Assembly (NCBI GenBank): GCA_025355385.1
Contig: JANXZS010000071.1
Coordinates: 4,620-68,619, forward strand
DNA: 64,000 bases
DNA from: Acidobacteriaceae bacterium
GTDB lineage: Bacteria; Acidobacteriota; Terriglobia; Terriglobales; Acidobacteriaceae
Reading direction: 5' to 3'
The position numbers and the translations under genes are program-made. The notes beneath the pieces were generated by a model. It was not told where the DNA came from and made no database searches. It saw only the letters and a program-made list of their open reading frames with translations. Positions 49,162-58,619 of this stretch are shown here, piece after piece (the first letter of the stretch is position 1; every line of letters begins with the position of its first letter).

Positions 49162-50134
49162 GTCTGCTTTATACTCCCGCAGCTTCTGGAAATGGGAAAC
49201 GCCGGAAAGTGTAAACTGTCTTGTGAAGCGCTATGCCATATTGATCGTGTGCCTGGCCGTTCTGTTGGTGACGGTCTACATTCTCGGTTGCCGCAGAGGG
49301 CAGCAGGCCGCAACATCTCCTGCCTCCTCAGGGGCGACAATCAAGACCTACAAGCTCCGGGGCAAGGTGATATCCACAGATGCCGCCAAGAGTGAAGTCA
49401 CGCTCGACCACGAAGCCATTCCCGGCTTCATGTCAGCGATGACGATGCCTTACAAGTTGAAGGACCCGACCGTCCTCAGCGAATTGCATCCCGGCGATAC
49501 AGTGACGGCCGACATTCTGGTAACCGATCAGGATGTGCTTCTAGACCACATCGTGATTGTTGGCCAGGCCAAGCCGGACTACAAGCCTGCAATCTTCTAC
49601 CACGTCCCCAAGCCCGGGGATGCGGTGCCCGATTTCAAACTCCTCAACCAGAGCAATCAGCACATTCACCTTGCGCAATATCAAGGCCAGGCATTGTTGA
49701 TCACATTCATTTACACCCGGTGTCCCCTAGCCGATTTCTGTCCACGCATGAGCCAGAACTTTGCAAAGATCGATAAGGCTTTGGCGGCGGACGGACCGCT
49801 TTATGCCAAGACTCATCTGCTGAGCGTGAGCTTTGACCCCGATTACGACACCCCTCAAGTTTTGCGCAGTTACGGTGGCGCCTACACCGGTAAATATACC
49901 AACGAAACCTTCAACCACTGGGATTTTGCCGTACCTGCCAAGAGCGAGCTGCCGGAAATAGCAAAGTTTTTTGACGTTGGCGTGACGCCAGAGATTAACA
50001 AGAGCATTACACATTCGCTGTCTACGGTACTGATAGGCCCGGATGGCAAGGTGGTGCAGTGGTATCCCGGCAACGAGTGGAAGCCGGAGGATGTCATGAA
50101 AGATGTTCGACAGTCCTTGCAGGCGCACACTTAG
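49160..50134 (+). CDS. SCO1/SenC-family thioredoxin-fold protein with an N-terminal CusF-like metal-binding domain
   Basis: YTRCPLADFCP (CxxxC) and HSLSTVLIGPDG in the SCO domain. An upstream beta domain carries GFMSAMTMPYKL. Start uncertain: ATG 49160 or GTG 49223. Confidence 0.75.
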   Translation: MSALYSRSFWKWETPESVNCLVKRYAILIVCLAVLLVTVYILGCRRGQQAATSPASSGATIKTYKLRGKVISTDAAKSEVTLDHEAIPGFMSAMTMPYKLKDPTVLSELHPGDTVTADILVTDQDVLLDHIVIVGQAKPDYKPAIFYHVPKPGDAVPDFKLLNQSNQHIHLAQYQGQALLITFIYTRCPLADFCPRMSQNFAKIDKALAADGPLYAKTHLLSVSFDPDYDTPQVLRSYGGAYTGKYTNETFNHWDFAVPAKSELPEIAKFFDVGVTPEINKSITHSLSTVLIGPDGKVVQWYPGNEWKPEDVMKDVRQSLQAHT

Positions 50135-50413
50135 TTCGCTGATGTTCTGGGTTGCAGGACGCACCGATCCCAGGCGACATCGCTCCTTATACATGTGGGC
50201 ACTGCTCTGAACAGATGAGGCAGCGATAGCCCCAACCTGAACGGCAGAAGGCCGGGACGTCAGGGTTGCGCGACAGCTTCCGATGCTGCCCAGTTTGTTC
50301 TCGATAACCTGAAACACTGAATCGACTACCCGTACTAAGGCATCTCACATTGTACTAAGCAGTTACAAAGTCACTGCGGCTTCAGTGGATGGCTTGGAGG
50401 CAATTCTTCTTTC

Positions 50414-50791
50414 ATGGCAAAGGTAACTGTAGTTTTCGGCTTACTCTTAATATTGCTTGGCGTACTCGGCTTTGTGGCTACGGGCAGCACCCACTACACC
50501 TCTCTGATTCCATGCGCATTTGGCGTGCTTCTCGCGATCTTTGGATTGCTCGCCAGAACTCCGGATGCCTCCAGGCGCAAATTGTATATGCACATCGCGG
50601 TGACGGCCGGTCTGCTGGGATTTCTGGGCACGGCGAAGTCGATCATCAGCTTTTTCCAGATGCTGCATGGCCGGCTCTTCCCTTACCCTGCTGCGGTTGA
50701 GGCCAAGGCCGCGATGGCGGTTCTCACCCTCATTTACGTAATGTTGTGCGTGCGTTCCTTTATTGCGGCTCGCCGCGCGGGGACAGTCTAA
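50414..50791 (+). CDS. hypothetical 4-TM membrane protein
   Basis: Four hydrophobic segments. Stop lies 20 nt before the ABC exporter start. No family recognised. Confidence 0.6.
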   Translation: MAKVTVVFGLLLILLGVLGFVATGSTHYTSLIPCAFGVLLAIFGLLARTPDASRRKLYMHIAVTAGLLGFLGTAKSIISFFQMLHGRLFPYPAAVEAKAAMAVLTLIYVMLCVRSFIAARRAGTV

Positions 50792-50811
50792 GATCTGTGC
50801 GCACTTCTACC

Positions 50812-52677
50812 ATGTCGATGAGAGCGGAGCGAAGCCTGGGCGGTCGCGGGGCTCGCGGCGATTCTACCGATAAAAAGACCAAGCCCAATCTGCGCAAGGT
50901 GCTGCCTGAGATATGGAAGCTGGTGCGGTCGCGGCGGTGGATACTGCTCCTAGGCCTGCTGCTCACCGGCCTCAAAAGCGTTACCGGTCTTGTGCTCCCC
51001 CTTTCCACGAAGTTTCTGATCGACACGGCGCTCAAGATCGACGGAAGCGGTGCGAGTAAGCTTCCTTGGCTGGTGGCCGCTGTTTTCACCGCGACGGCGG
51101 TGCAGGCGACGACCTCCTTTTCGCTCACGCAATTGCTATCAAAAGCCGGGCAGCGCATGATTGCCGACCTCCGCAAGCAGGTGCAGCAACACATAGGGCG
51201 GTTGCCTGTGAGCTTTTACGATTCCAATCGTACCGGCACACTGGTCTCGCGCATCATGACGGATGTGGAGGGCGTGCGGAATCTTATCGGCACCGGCCTT
51301 GTGGATTTCGTCGGCGGTCTCCTCACCGCGCTCATTGTCTTCATCATCCTGCTGTACAAGAGCGAGCGCATCACGCTTATCGTGTTTTCGGTGATTATCG
51401 TCTTCGTCTTTGTGCTGCAAAAAGGATTCAAGGTTATCCGGCCTATCTTCCGCGAGCGCAGCAAGATCAATGCTGAAGTTACGGGACGCCTGACGGAGTC
51501 TTTGGGCGGTGTGCGCGTGATCAAGGGCTACCACGCAGAGGATCGCGAGGCCAGCGTGTTTGCCCAGGGTGTGCAGCGGCTTCTGGATAACGTGATGAAG
51601 TCGTTGACTGCGACCAGTGCGCTTGGCTTTGTTTCGACCACTGTTCTGGGCATAGTGGGCGGTCTGGTGATGCTGCTTGGCGGGCATCAGGTTTTGAATC
51701 ACCAACTGACAACCGGCGGCTACTTCCAGTACACGATGCTGCTGGCGTTCATGATCGCCCCTGTCTTTCAGATCGTGAACGTGGGCACCCAGATAACGGA
51801 AGCGATTGCCGGCCTCGACCGCACGATCGAAATTCTGAACGAACCCCAAGAGGATGCTGACCCGGCGCGCACGATCATGCTGCCGGTCATCAATGGCGAG
51901 GTCGCCTTCGACAATGTCGGCTTTGCCTACGAGCCGGAAAAGCCCGTCTTGCACGGCATTTCGTTCACCTCCAACCCGGGTACAGTTACGGCACTTGTCG
52001 GCTCTTCCGGCTCAGGCAAATCCACTATCATCAGCCTGATCTGCGCATTTCACACGCCCAACTCCGGAGCCGTGCTGATTGATGAAGTCGACCTCTCCAC
52101 AGTGAAGCTGGATAGCTATCGCAGCCAGCTTGGAGTGGTACTGCAGGACTCGTTTCTCTTTGATGGATCAATCCGCGACAACATACTCTTCTCTCGTCCC
52201 GACTCGACGGAAGAAGACTTTCTCTCCGCCTGCCGCATCGCCCGCGTCGACGAATTCGCGGACCGCTTCCCGGACACCTACGACACGATTGTGGGCGAGC
52301 GTGGCGTTAAGCTTTCAGGAGGGCAGCGTCAGCGATTGTCAATTGCCCGCGCCATTCTCGCCGATCCGCGTATCCTCATCCTCGACGAAGCCACGTCCTC
52401 GCTTGACTCAGAATCGGAGGCGATGATCCAGGAAGGGCTGAGCTACCTGATGCGCGGGCGCACCACGTTCGTCATTGCGCATAGACTGTCGACCATCCGT
52501 CGAGCCGATCAGATCCTCGTGGTTGAAGCAGGAAGCATTCTCGAACGCGGAACGCATGAAAGTCTGTATGCGCTCGGTGGCCGATACTACGATCTCTACA
52601 CCCGCCAGCATGGGCTGGAAACGAATCTCTTCCTCGCCCCGGGTGAGGGAGATTCCGTGCCTGAAGAAGCTACATAG
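50812..52677 (+). CDS. ABC exporter, fused permease/ATPase (MsbA/multidrug type)
   Basis: Trimmed to ATG 50812. 6-TM domain, then [35 protein letters not shown]. Confidence 0.9.
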   Translation: MSMRAERSLGGRGARGDSTDKKTKPNLRKVLPEIWKLVRSRRWILLLGLLLTGLKSVTGLVLPLSTKFLIDTALKIDGSGASKLPWLVAAVFTATAVQATTSFSLTQLLSKAGQRMIADLRKQVQQHIGRLPVSFYDSNRTGTLVSRIMTDVEGVRNLIGTGLVDFVGGLLTALIVFIILLYKSERITLIVFSVIIVFVFVLQKGFKVIRPIFRERSKINAEVTGRLTESLGGVRVIKGYHAEDREASVFAQGVQRLLDNVMKSLTATSALGFVSTTVLGIVGGLVMLLGGHQVLNHQLTTGGYFQYTMLLAFMIAPVFQIVNVGTQITEAIAGLDRTIEILNEPQEDADPARTIMLPVINGEVAFDNVGFAYEPEKPVLHGISFTSNPGTVTALVGSSGSGKSTIISLICAFHTPNSGAVLIDEVDLSTVKLDSYRSQLGVVLQDSFLFDGSIRDNILFSRPDSTEEDFLSACRIARVDEFADRFPDTYDTIVGERGVKLSGGQRQRLSIARAILADPRILILDEATSSLDSESEAMIQEGLSYLMRGRTTFVIAHRLSTIRRADQILVVEAGSILERGTHESLYALGGRYYDLYTRQHGLETNLFLAPGEGDSVPEEAT

Positions 52678-52716
52678 AAGCTGCTGAGGAGTCAGCGGTA
52701 GATTCGGTATTGCACC

Positions 52717-53202
52717 CTACACCCTAATAAATATCAGGACGGGCCGGGATTCGCCTCGGTATGTGGCTGCTTTGAAACGATACCGTTTCCCTGTATCGAC
52801 CGCGTTTTCATCCAGCCCTGCGCCGATCGGCTTGGTTACATGCACATCCTGAGGCACGCCCTTTTCACTGCTTACCAGTGATACAACGCAACACCTTGGA
52901 CTTTCTTCCGTTTTGCTTCTTGACTAAATTTGGGGGCGACAGAGTGTCAGTTTTGGAGGTGTAACCCCGTTGCCAACCCTGTAAGCGCCGTCAATCATCT
53001 GCGGCTCATTAGCCTTGGCGGCGCCGTAACCTTCTGCGGGCTTCTCTGGCTTGGGATTCGTTGCCTGCCCCTCCTCTGATTTCGCCGCCTGAGGCGCAGT
53101 CTCTTGGGCGAAACAATGGACATTGATAAGTGCCGTTCCAACCAGCGCAAGGAAACTTGCAACCATCAGATTAGTGTGACGTCGAACTTTCGCTGAACTC
53201 AT
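52717..53202 (-). pseudogene. small secreted TonB C-terminal-domain protein, disrupted by two opposite frameshifts and an in-frame TAG
   Basis: Hand translation follows. Frame A gives signal peptide ... RVGNGVTPPKLT, then stop TAG at 52926-52924. Frame B (about 52889-52944) reads SVAPKFSQEAKRKKVQGV. Frame A resumes with VVSLVSSEKGVPQDVHVTKPIGAGLDENAVDTGKRYRFKAATYRGESRPVLIFIRV*. Confidence 0.6.
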
Positions 53203-53239
53203 GACGGGCTCCACAGGCGGAAAATATCCCGCTAGAGAG

Positions 53240-55345
53240 TTACACTGCCCCGAGCTCCCACAGCAGAAACGCGTAGTCGAAGGCAATCTCCTTCAGGTAA
53301 TCGTAGCGGCCGCTCGCGCCGCCGTGACCAGCGCTCATGTTGGTATGCAGCAGCAGGGCGCGGCCGTCGCTCTTGAGGGTGCGCAGCTTGGCGACGTACT
53401 TCGCCGGCTCCCAATACATTACCTGGCTATCGTTGAGCGAAGTCTTCACCATCATCGCGGGATACGCCCCCGGGTGCAGATTTTCGTAGGGTGAGTAGCC
53501 TAGCATGTACTCAAAAGCAGCCTGCTCATTGGGATTGCCCCACTCCTCATACTCAGGCACTGTCAACGGAAGCGAAGCGTCGAGCATCGTGTTCATCACA
53601 TCTACGAAGGGAACGTGGGAGACGACTGCCCTGAAGAGATCGGGTCGCATGTTTGCGACAGCCCCCATCAGCAATCCTCCGGCACTGCCGCCCTCGATAG
53701 CAACGCGTGTGGCGTCACCATAGCCATTCGCGATCAACTCTTCCGTGACCACAATGAAGTCGGTAAATGTATTGCGCTTCTGCATCAGGCGCCCGGCGTC
53801 GTGCCAGGGCTTACCCATGTCCCCGCCGCCGCGGATATGCGCATAGGCCAGCACAAATCCGCGATCGAGCAACGTTAACCGATTCGAGTTGAATCCGATT
53901 GGCAGCGAATATCCATACGACCCGTAGCCGTATATCCAAAGGGGATTGGTGCCGTCGCCCTTCTTGTCCTTGCGGTAGACGATGGAGACGGGAACTCCGA
54001 TGCCGTCATCAGCTTTGGCAAAGATACGCTCCGATTGGTAGAGCGACCGGTCGAACCCGCCGGGAACCTCCTGCTGCTTCAAAAGGGTTGACTCTCCACT
54101 GACGACGTCATACTCAAATACCGATGATGGTGACACCAACGATTGGTAGCTGTAGCGGTATTTGGCTGTGTCGAATTCGCGGTTGGTGGACGGAAACGCG
54201 CTGTAGGCCGGTTCGGGAAAGCTGATTTCTTTGACTGCCCGGGTCGCCGAGCTTGCGTCGGCAAAGCTAAATACACGAAGCTGTGGCAGGCCATCTTTGC
54301 GCTCCCAAGCTGTGTAGAATGAGCCAAATAAATCAACTTCTTCAAGCATTACATCCAAGCGGTGCGGAAGCATCTCACTCCAATGCTCCCGCCCGGACTG
54401 CTCGACGGGGGCAGTCACCAGGCGAAAATTCCTACCCGCGTCGTTGGTGCGAAGATAGAAAGTGCCATTTCGATGATCGGCGTAGTACTCGAGATCGTTT
54501 TCTCTCGGCTGGATCAGTGTCCATCTGCCTTCTGGCGTCGAGGCCGACAGAAACTGCTCTTCGCATGCGGTGTGGCTGCCAGAGGCGAGGATGAGATACT
54601 TCCCGTCTCGCGTCCTGCCTGCACCCAGATTGAATCGCTCATCCTTCTCCTCGAACACCAGCGCGTCCTCCGCGTGCGAAGTCCCGACAACGTGCCGGTA
54701 GAGCTGGAACTGGCGTTTCTGCTCCTCATCTTCCACGGAGTAGAAGAGTGTCCGATTGTCGCTGGCCCATACCACGGAACCCACCCGCTCCACATGCTCG
54801 GAAAGGGTCTCTCCGCTTCGCAGATCCTTCACTCGGAGGGTGTACTGACGGAAGCCGGTGGTGTCGGTTGAGTAAGCCAGCAGGCCACCGTCATCGGAAA
54901 CGCTGAAGGCACCAACAGACATGAAGTCTTCATTTTCGGCGAGATAGTTCACGTCAAGGATGATCTGTTCAGCATCCTCAGCCAGCTCGCGCGACTTGCG
55001 GCAATAGATCGGATACTGGCGCCCTTGCTCCGTACGGGTGTAGTAGAGGTAGCCGCGATCCGGGAAGGGAACCGACACATCGGTCTCCTTGATGTGGCCA
55101 ACCATTTCTTCGTAGAGCTCCTTCTGCAAGGGTTCCGTCTCTTTCATCACCGCGGCGGAATACGCATTCTCTGCTTCAAGATAGGCAATGACCTCTGGAC
55201 TCGATTTCTCGCGTAGCCAGGCATAATCGTCCATCAGCGTGTGGCCGTGGAGCAGGGTCTGCTTAGGTTCGCGACGGGCGACAGGCGTTGAATTTGTCTG
55301 GGGAGTAACGCTCTCGGGTGTGCTCATACTCTCAGGTGTGCTCAT
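53240..55345 (-). CDS. ptrB: oligopeptidase B / S9A prolyl-oligopeptidase-family serine protease
   Basis: Beta-propeller N-domain plus catalytic domain with GGSAGGLLMG. Trimmed to the first ATG (55345). A second in-frame ATG at 55327 arises from an 18-nt duplication. Confidence 0.85.
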   Translation of the reverse strand: MSTPESMSTPESVTPQTNSTPVARREPKQTLLHGHTLMDDYAWLREKSSPEVIAYLEAENAYSAAVMKETEPLQKELYEEMVGHIKETDVSVPFPDRGYLYYTRTEQGRQYPIYCRKSRELAEDAEQIILDVNYLAENEDFMSVGAFSVSDDGGLLAYSTDTTGFRQYTLRVKDLRSGETLSEHVERVGSVVWASDNRTLFYSVEDEEQKRQFQLYRHVVGTSHAEDALVFEEKDERFNLGAGRTRDGKYLILASGSHTACEEQFLSASTPEGRWTLIQPRENDLEYYADHRNGTFYLRTNDAGRNFRLVTAPVEQSGREHWSEMLPHRLDVMLEEVDLFGSFYTAWERKDGLPQLRVFSFADASSATRAVKEISFPEPAYSAFPSTNREFDTAKYRYSYQSLVSPSSVFEYDVVSGESTLLKQQEVPGGFDRSLYQSERIFAKADDGIGVPVSIVYRKDKKGDGTNPLWIYGYGSYGYSLPIGFNSNRLTLLDRGFVLAYAHIRGGGDMGKPWHDAGRLMQKRNTFTDFIVVTEELIANGYGDATRVAIEGGSAGGLLMGAVANMRPDLFRAVVSHVPFVDVMNTMLDASLPLTVPEYEEWGNPNEQAAFEYMLGYSPYENLHPGAYPAMMVKTSLNDSQVMYWEPAKYVAKLRTLKSDGRALLLHTNMSAGHGGASGRYDYLKEIAFDYAFLLWELGAV

Positions 55346-55417
55346 GGCTATAAGCAAGAATATCCTGCCGAACCTCCGGCGTGTAGTTGTTGCCGCAGTA
55401 ACGAGGGCGGGCGCATT

Positions 55418-56200
55418 TTAATTGCGAATTAACAACTGCTGCTGGGCCGTGAAAACACGGGCGGTCACCAGGTAGCTGGCGGTTAGGCAGGTAATGGCGG
55501 CGGCGGAAAAGATCGTTGAGATTACGACGAACTGGTAGAGCGCGGCGTAGATGGGGGATGCACCCGAGAGGACCATGCCCGCCATAATCCCCGGAATCCA
55601 CACAATACCGAGGGAGCGCACATTGTCGATGGAAGGGATAAGGCTTGCCTTGTAGGCAGCTCGCAGGTAGGGAATCGTGGCTACATCGGGTGTAGCTCCC
55701 AGCGCCAGGGCTGACTCGATCTCGCCCACGTGGCTGGTGATCTCGCCGCGAAAGCGATCCAGAAAGATCGACTGCATGTTCATGGTGCTGGCGATGACCA
55801 TACTGCCCACTGGTACCAGCATGCTGACACGCAGAGGAATGACGCCGAGAACGATCATGATTGCGAGTACACTGCCGGCGCCTACGAAGATAGAGAAAAG
55901 GGCCAGCGTGAATGCTCGCGGGATATTCTTCGCCCTGCCGCGCACGATGGTGGCTGCCGCGAGCATCATAGCGCTCAGCACGATAAGCGAAGTCCACTGC
56001 GGACCGCGTAGCAGGAAGGCCAGAATCGCACCCACCGCCACGATCTGCACAATGCCGCGTACCTGTGCCAGAGGCAATTCTCCCAGCATATCCACCCCGC
56101 GCCGTCGGGCCAGCACCATGGCCAGCAGGGCAATGAGGGCGGCTGCGATGCACTCCGCGATGCCGAGACTTAGCTGACTGGGAAAAAAGTGACTAAGCAT
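55418..56200 (-). CDS. fetB: iron export ABC transporter permease FetB (UPF0014/YbbM)
   Basis: 7-TM protein. LAQVRGIVQIVAVGAIL pattern. ATG 56200 overlaps the fetA stop (ATGCTTAG). Confidence 0.8.
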   Translation of the reverse strand: MLSHFFPSQLSLGIAECIAAALIALLAMVLARRRGVDMLGELPLAQVRGIVQIVAVGAILAFLLRGPQWTSLIVLSAMMLAAATIVRGRAKNIPRAFTLALFSIFVGAGSVLAIMIVLGVIPLRVSMLVPVGSMVIASTMNMQSIFLDRFRGEITSHVGEIESALALGATPDVATIPYLRAAYKASLIPSIDNVRSLGIVWIPGIMAGMVLSGASPIYAALYQFVVISTIFSAAAITCLTASYLVTARVFTAQQQLLIRN

Positions 56201-56897
56201 GGAGGAGCTCCCGGGCATCGCCGTGCGCGGTCACGCGGCCAGCCTCCAGCATTAAAACTTTATCCGCCATACGCCGGGCCTGGGCCGCATCATGTGTCAC
56301 CCATACGCAGGTAAGATGGCGCTGCCGGATAAGCGACTCCAGCAGGCTCTCGATGCCTGATTTGGCCGCATCGTCCAGAGCGGATGTAGGCTCGTCGAGC
56401 AATAGCATTTCCGGCTCGTTCGCGAGTGCGCGGGTAATGGCAACCCTCTGCGCTTCTCCTCCGGAGAGTGTCGAGGCCTGTCGATTGCCAAAGCCCGCGA
56501 GGCCTACCTGCGCTAGCAAGTCCGCTACCGCCTCATTCGTGAGGTCGATGCCGTGTTGCTTTGGTCCAAACCTGACGTTGTCTGCGATGGTGCCGGGAAA
56601 AAGAAAGGCTCTCTGCATCACCATACCGATATGGCGCCGCAACTCGCCCGGCGGCACTTCGCGGTAGTCTTTGCCGTGGAAGAAGACCGTGCCCTTGGTA
56701 GGCTCGTCCAGACGATTGAGCAGGCGGAGCAGTGTGCTCTTGCCCGCACCACTCGGTCCCACCACGGCAAGTACTTCGCCCCGTGCAACGGAAAAGCTGA
56801 CCTTATCCAGCAGAAGTTTTGCCGGGATCTTGGGTGGATGGGCAGGCAACTCACGGCGCAGGTCAACACATTCAAGGACGTAGGAAGATGCATCCAT
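56193..56897 (-). CDS. fetA: iron export ABC transporter ATP-binding protein FetA (YbbL)
   Basis: [37 protein letters not shown]. Confidence 0.8.
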   Translation of the reverse strand: MDASSYVLECVDLRRELPAHPPKIPAKLLLDKVSFSVARGEVLAVVGPSGAGKSTLLRLLNRLDEPTKGTVFFHGKDYREVPPGELRRHIGMVMQRAFLFPGTIADNVRFGPKQHGIDLTNEAVADLLAQVGLAGFGNRQASTLSGGEAQRVAITRALANEPEMLLLDEPTSALDDAAKSGIESLLESLIRQRHLTCVWVTHDAAQARRMADKVLMLEAGRVTAHGDARELLHA

Positions 56898-57003
56898 GGC
56901 TCAAAGTCAGTCTACATGGATCGCTGGCTGACCCTGCTCCGATGTAGCGGGCATCGCTCCAGTCACTTGCCGTATCTCACAGTTGGTACAGGGAGGAAAA
57001 TAT

Positions 57004-57663
57004 ATGCGTCACAACCGAATTTTGCGCGGGCTGCTGTGGGTAGCGGCCGTGTCACTCGTACCTACCGCAATCGGGCTTGCCCAGATGCAGGGACCGCCAA
57101 GCGGTGGGACGACTGGACCGGGCCAGCGGCCCGACGTAAACAGCGCTGACCCAACCAGGGCTCATGACGAGACACGACCTTCGCAGGACGTGGGCAGCAA
57201 TTCACAGGAGCAGATGGACAAAGAATTTGTCCATGGGGCACTGCAGGGCGGCATGGCAGAAGTCGCTCTCGGCAAACTTGCACTGGAGAAGAGCAGCAAC
57301 GAGGATGTGAAAAAATTCGCTCAACGTATGGTGGAAGACCATACCAAGCTAGGCGAGGCTATGAAACCAGTCGCCCACCAGATCGGCGTCAAAATACCGG
57401 ATAATCTCTCCAAGAAGGATCAATCGCTGCAGACAAAGCTTCAGTCACTTTCTGGCAGTGAGTTCGACAAGGCGTACCTGCAGGCCATGTTGAAGGATCA
57501 CAAAAAGGATTATGCGGAGTTTCAACATGCGGCCCAGTCCGCATCTATCGCGGCTGTAAAAGACGCTGCTCAGAAGGGTGAGCCGGTCATCAAATCCCAC
57601 CTCGACCACGTTTCGCAGCTTGCCAAGTCGATGATGACGTCAGAAGGAATGGCAACGCGGTAA
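57004..57663 (+). CDS. DUF4142 domain protein, secreted
   Basis: Trimmed to ATG 57004 (RBS GGGAGGA). Two helical repeats (EVALGKLALEKSSNEDVKKFAQRMVEDHTK ... AYLQAMLKDHKKDYAEF). Confidence 0.8.
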   Translation: MRHNRILRGLLWVAAVSLVPTAIGLAQMQGPPSGGTTGPGQRPDVNSADPTRAHDETRPSQDVGSNSQEQMDKEFVHGALQGGMAEVALGKLALEKSSNEDVKKFAQRMVEDHTKLGEAMKPVAHQIGVKIPDNLSKKDQSLQTKLQSLSGSEFDKAYLQAMLKDHKKDYAEFQHAAQSASIAAVKDAAQKGEPVIKSHLDHVSQLAKSMMTSEGMATR

Positions 57664-57746
57664 CCATCTGACAATTCAGCGCTAATCCGTCGATGCGGGC
57701 ACCGTAAGATAGGTGCCCGTCAGATTTCTGGGTACAATAACTACAC

Positions 57747-58529
57747 ATGCCGCGGTGCCGAATCAGTACGAACCTGTTCACTTTCCTTCTTCTTTGCTCT
57801 GCCGGGCTCACGGCATTCGCGGAGCGAATTGCAGACCTGCCCCAGCCCACCAATTATGTCAGCGACTTCGCCCACGTGCTTTCTCCCGAAACCGTGGATG
57901 CGCTCGATCAATACTGCCTCAAGGTGGATCAGCAGGCGCACGCGCAGATCGCCGTTATTACGGTCAAAAACCTGGAAGGCACGGATATCGACGACTACGC
58001 CATCCGCCTCTGGGATAAGTTGAAGGTTGGCGGTAAGGGCACCGATCGCGGCATCATGATTCTGCTCGCGACCGAGGATCACAAGCGCCGTATCACCACG
58101 GGTTATGGGCTTGAAGGCATCCTGCCCGATGGCAAGGTAGGAGATATCGGCAGGCAGATGGTTCCTTACCTGCGGGCGAACGACTTTGATTCCGCCGTGG
58201 TTCTTGCTGTGCAGCAGGTGTCGCAGGTGATCGCCGCTGATGCCGGGGTCACAATCCAGGGCGCTCCCCGTCGCGGACCGCCGCAGCCCGAGGGCAAGGC
58301 TCTTAGTCTGGGGCAGATGCTCATGTTCGCGATCGTCATCTTCTTTGTCATTGCACTGCTGTCCCGTCTCGGCGGCGGAGGCCTGCTTGGGTTCATCCTC
58401 GGCATGTTACTCGGTGGTGGCGGCAGGGGTGGTGGAGGGTGGGGCGGTGGTGGAGGAGGCGGCGGGGGAGGTTTCGGCGGATTTGGTGGCGGCAGTTCTG
58501 GCGGCGGTGGCGCCAGCGGAGACTGGTAA
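57747..58529 (+). CDS. TPM-domain protein (YgcG-like) with TM segment and poly-Gly C-terminal tail
   Basis: YVSDFAHVLSPET...QIAVITVKNLEG...DRGIMILLATEDHKRRITTGYGLEG. Tail GGGGRGGGGWGGGGGGGGGGFGGFGGG. Confidence 0.8.
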   Translation: MPRCRISTNLFTFLLLCSAGLTAFAERIADLPQPTNYVSDFAHVLSPETVDALDQYCLKVDQQAHAQIAVITVKNLEGTDIDDYAIRLWDKLKVGGKGTDRGIMILLATEDHKRRITTGYGLEGILPDGKVGDIGRQMVPYLRANDFDSAVVLAVQQVSQVIAADAGVTIQGAPRRGPPQPEGKALSLGQMLMFAIVIFFVIALLSRLGGGGLLGFILGMLLGGGGRGGGGWGGGGGGGGGGFGGFGGGSSGGGGASGDW

Positions 58530-58619
58530 GCTATGCAGACTTGGATTTATTTTGAGTTTCCCCGGATGCAGTAACCCGGCTGTCCAGATCGGATGAGCCG
58601 GAACAAGGAGAATGCAGCT

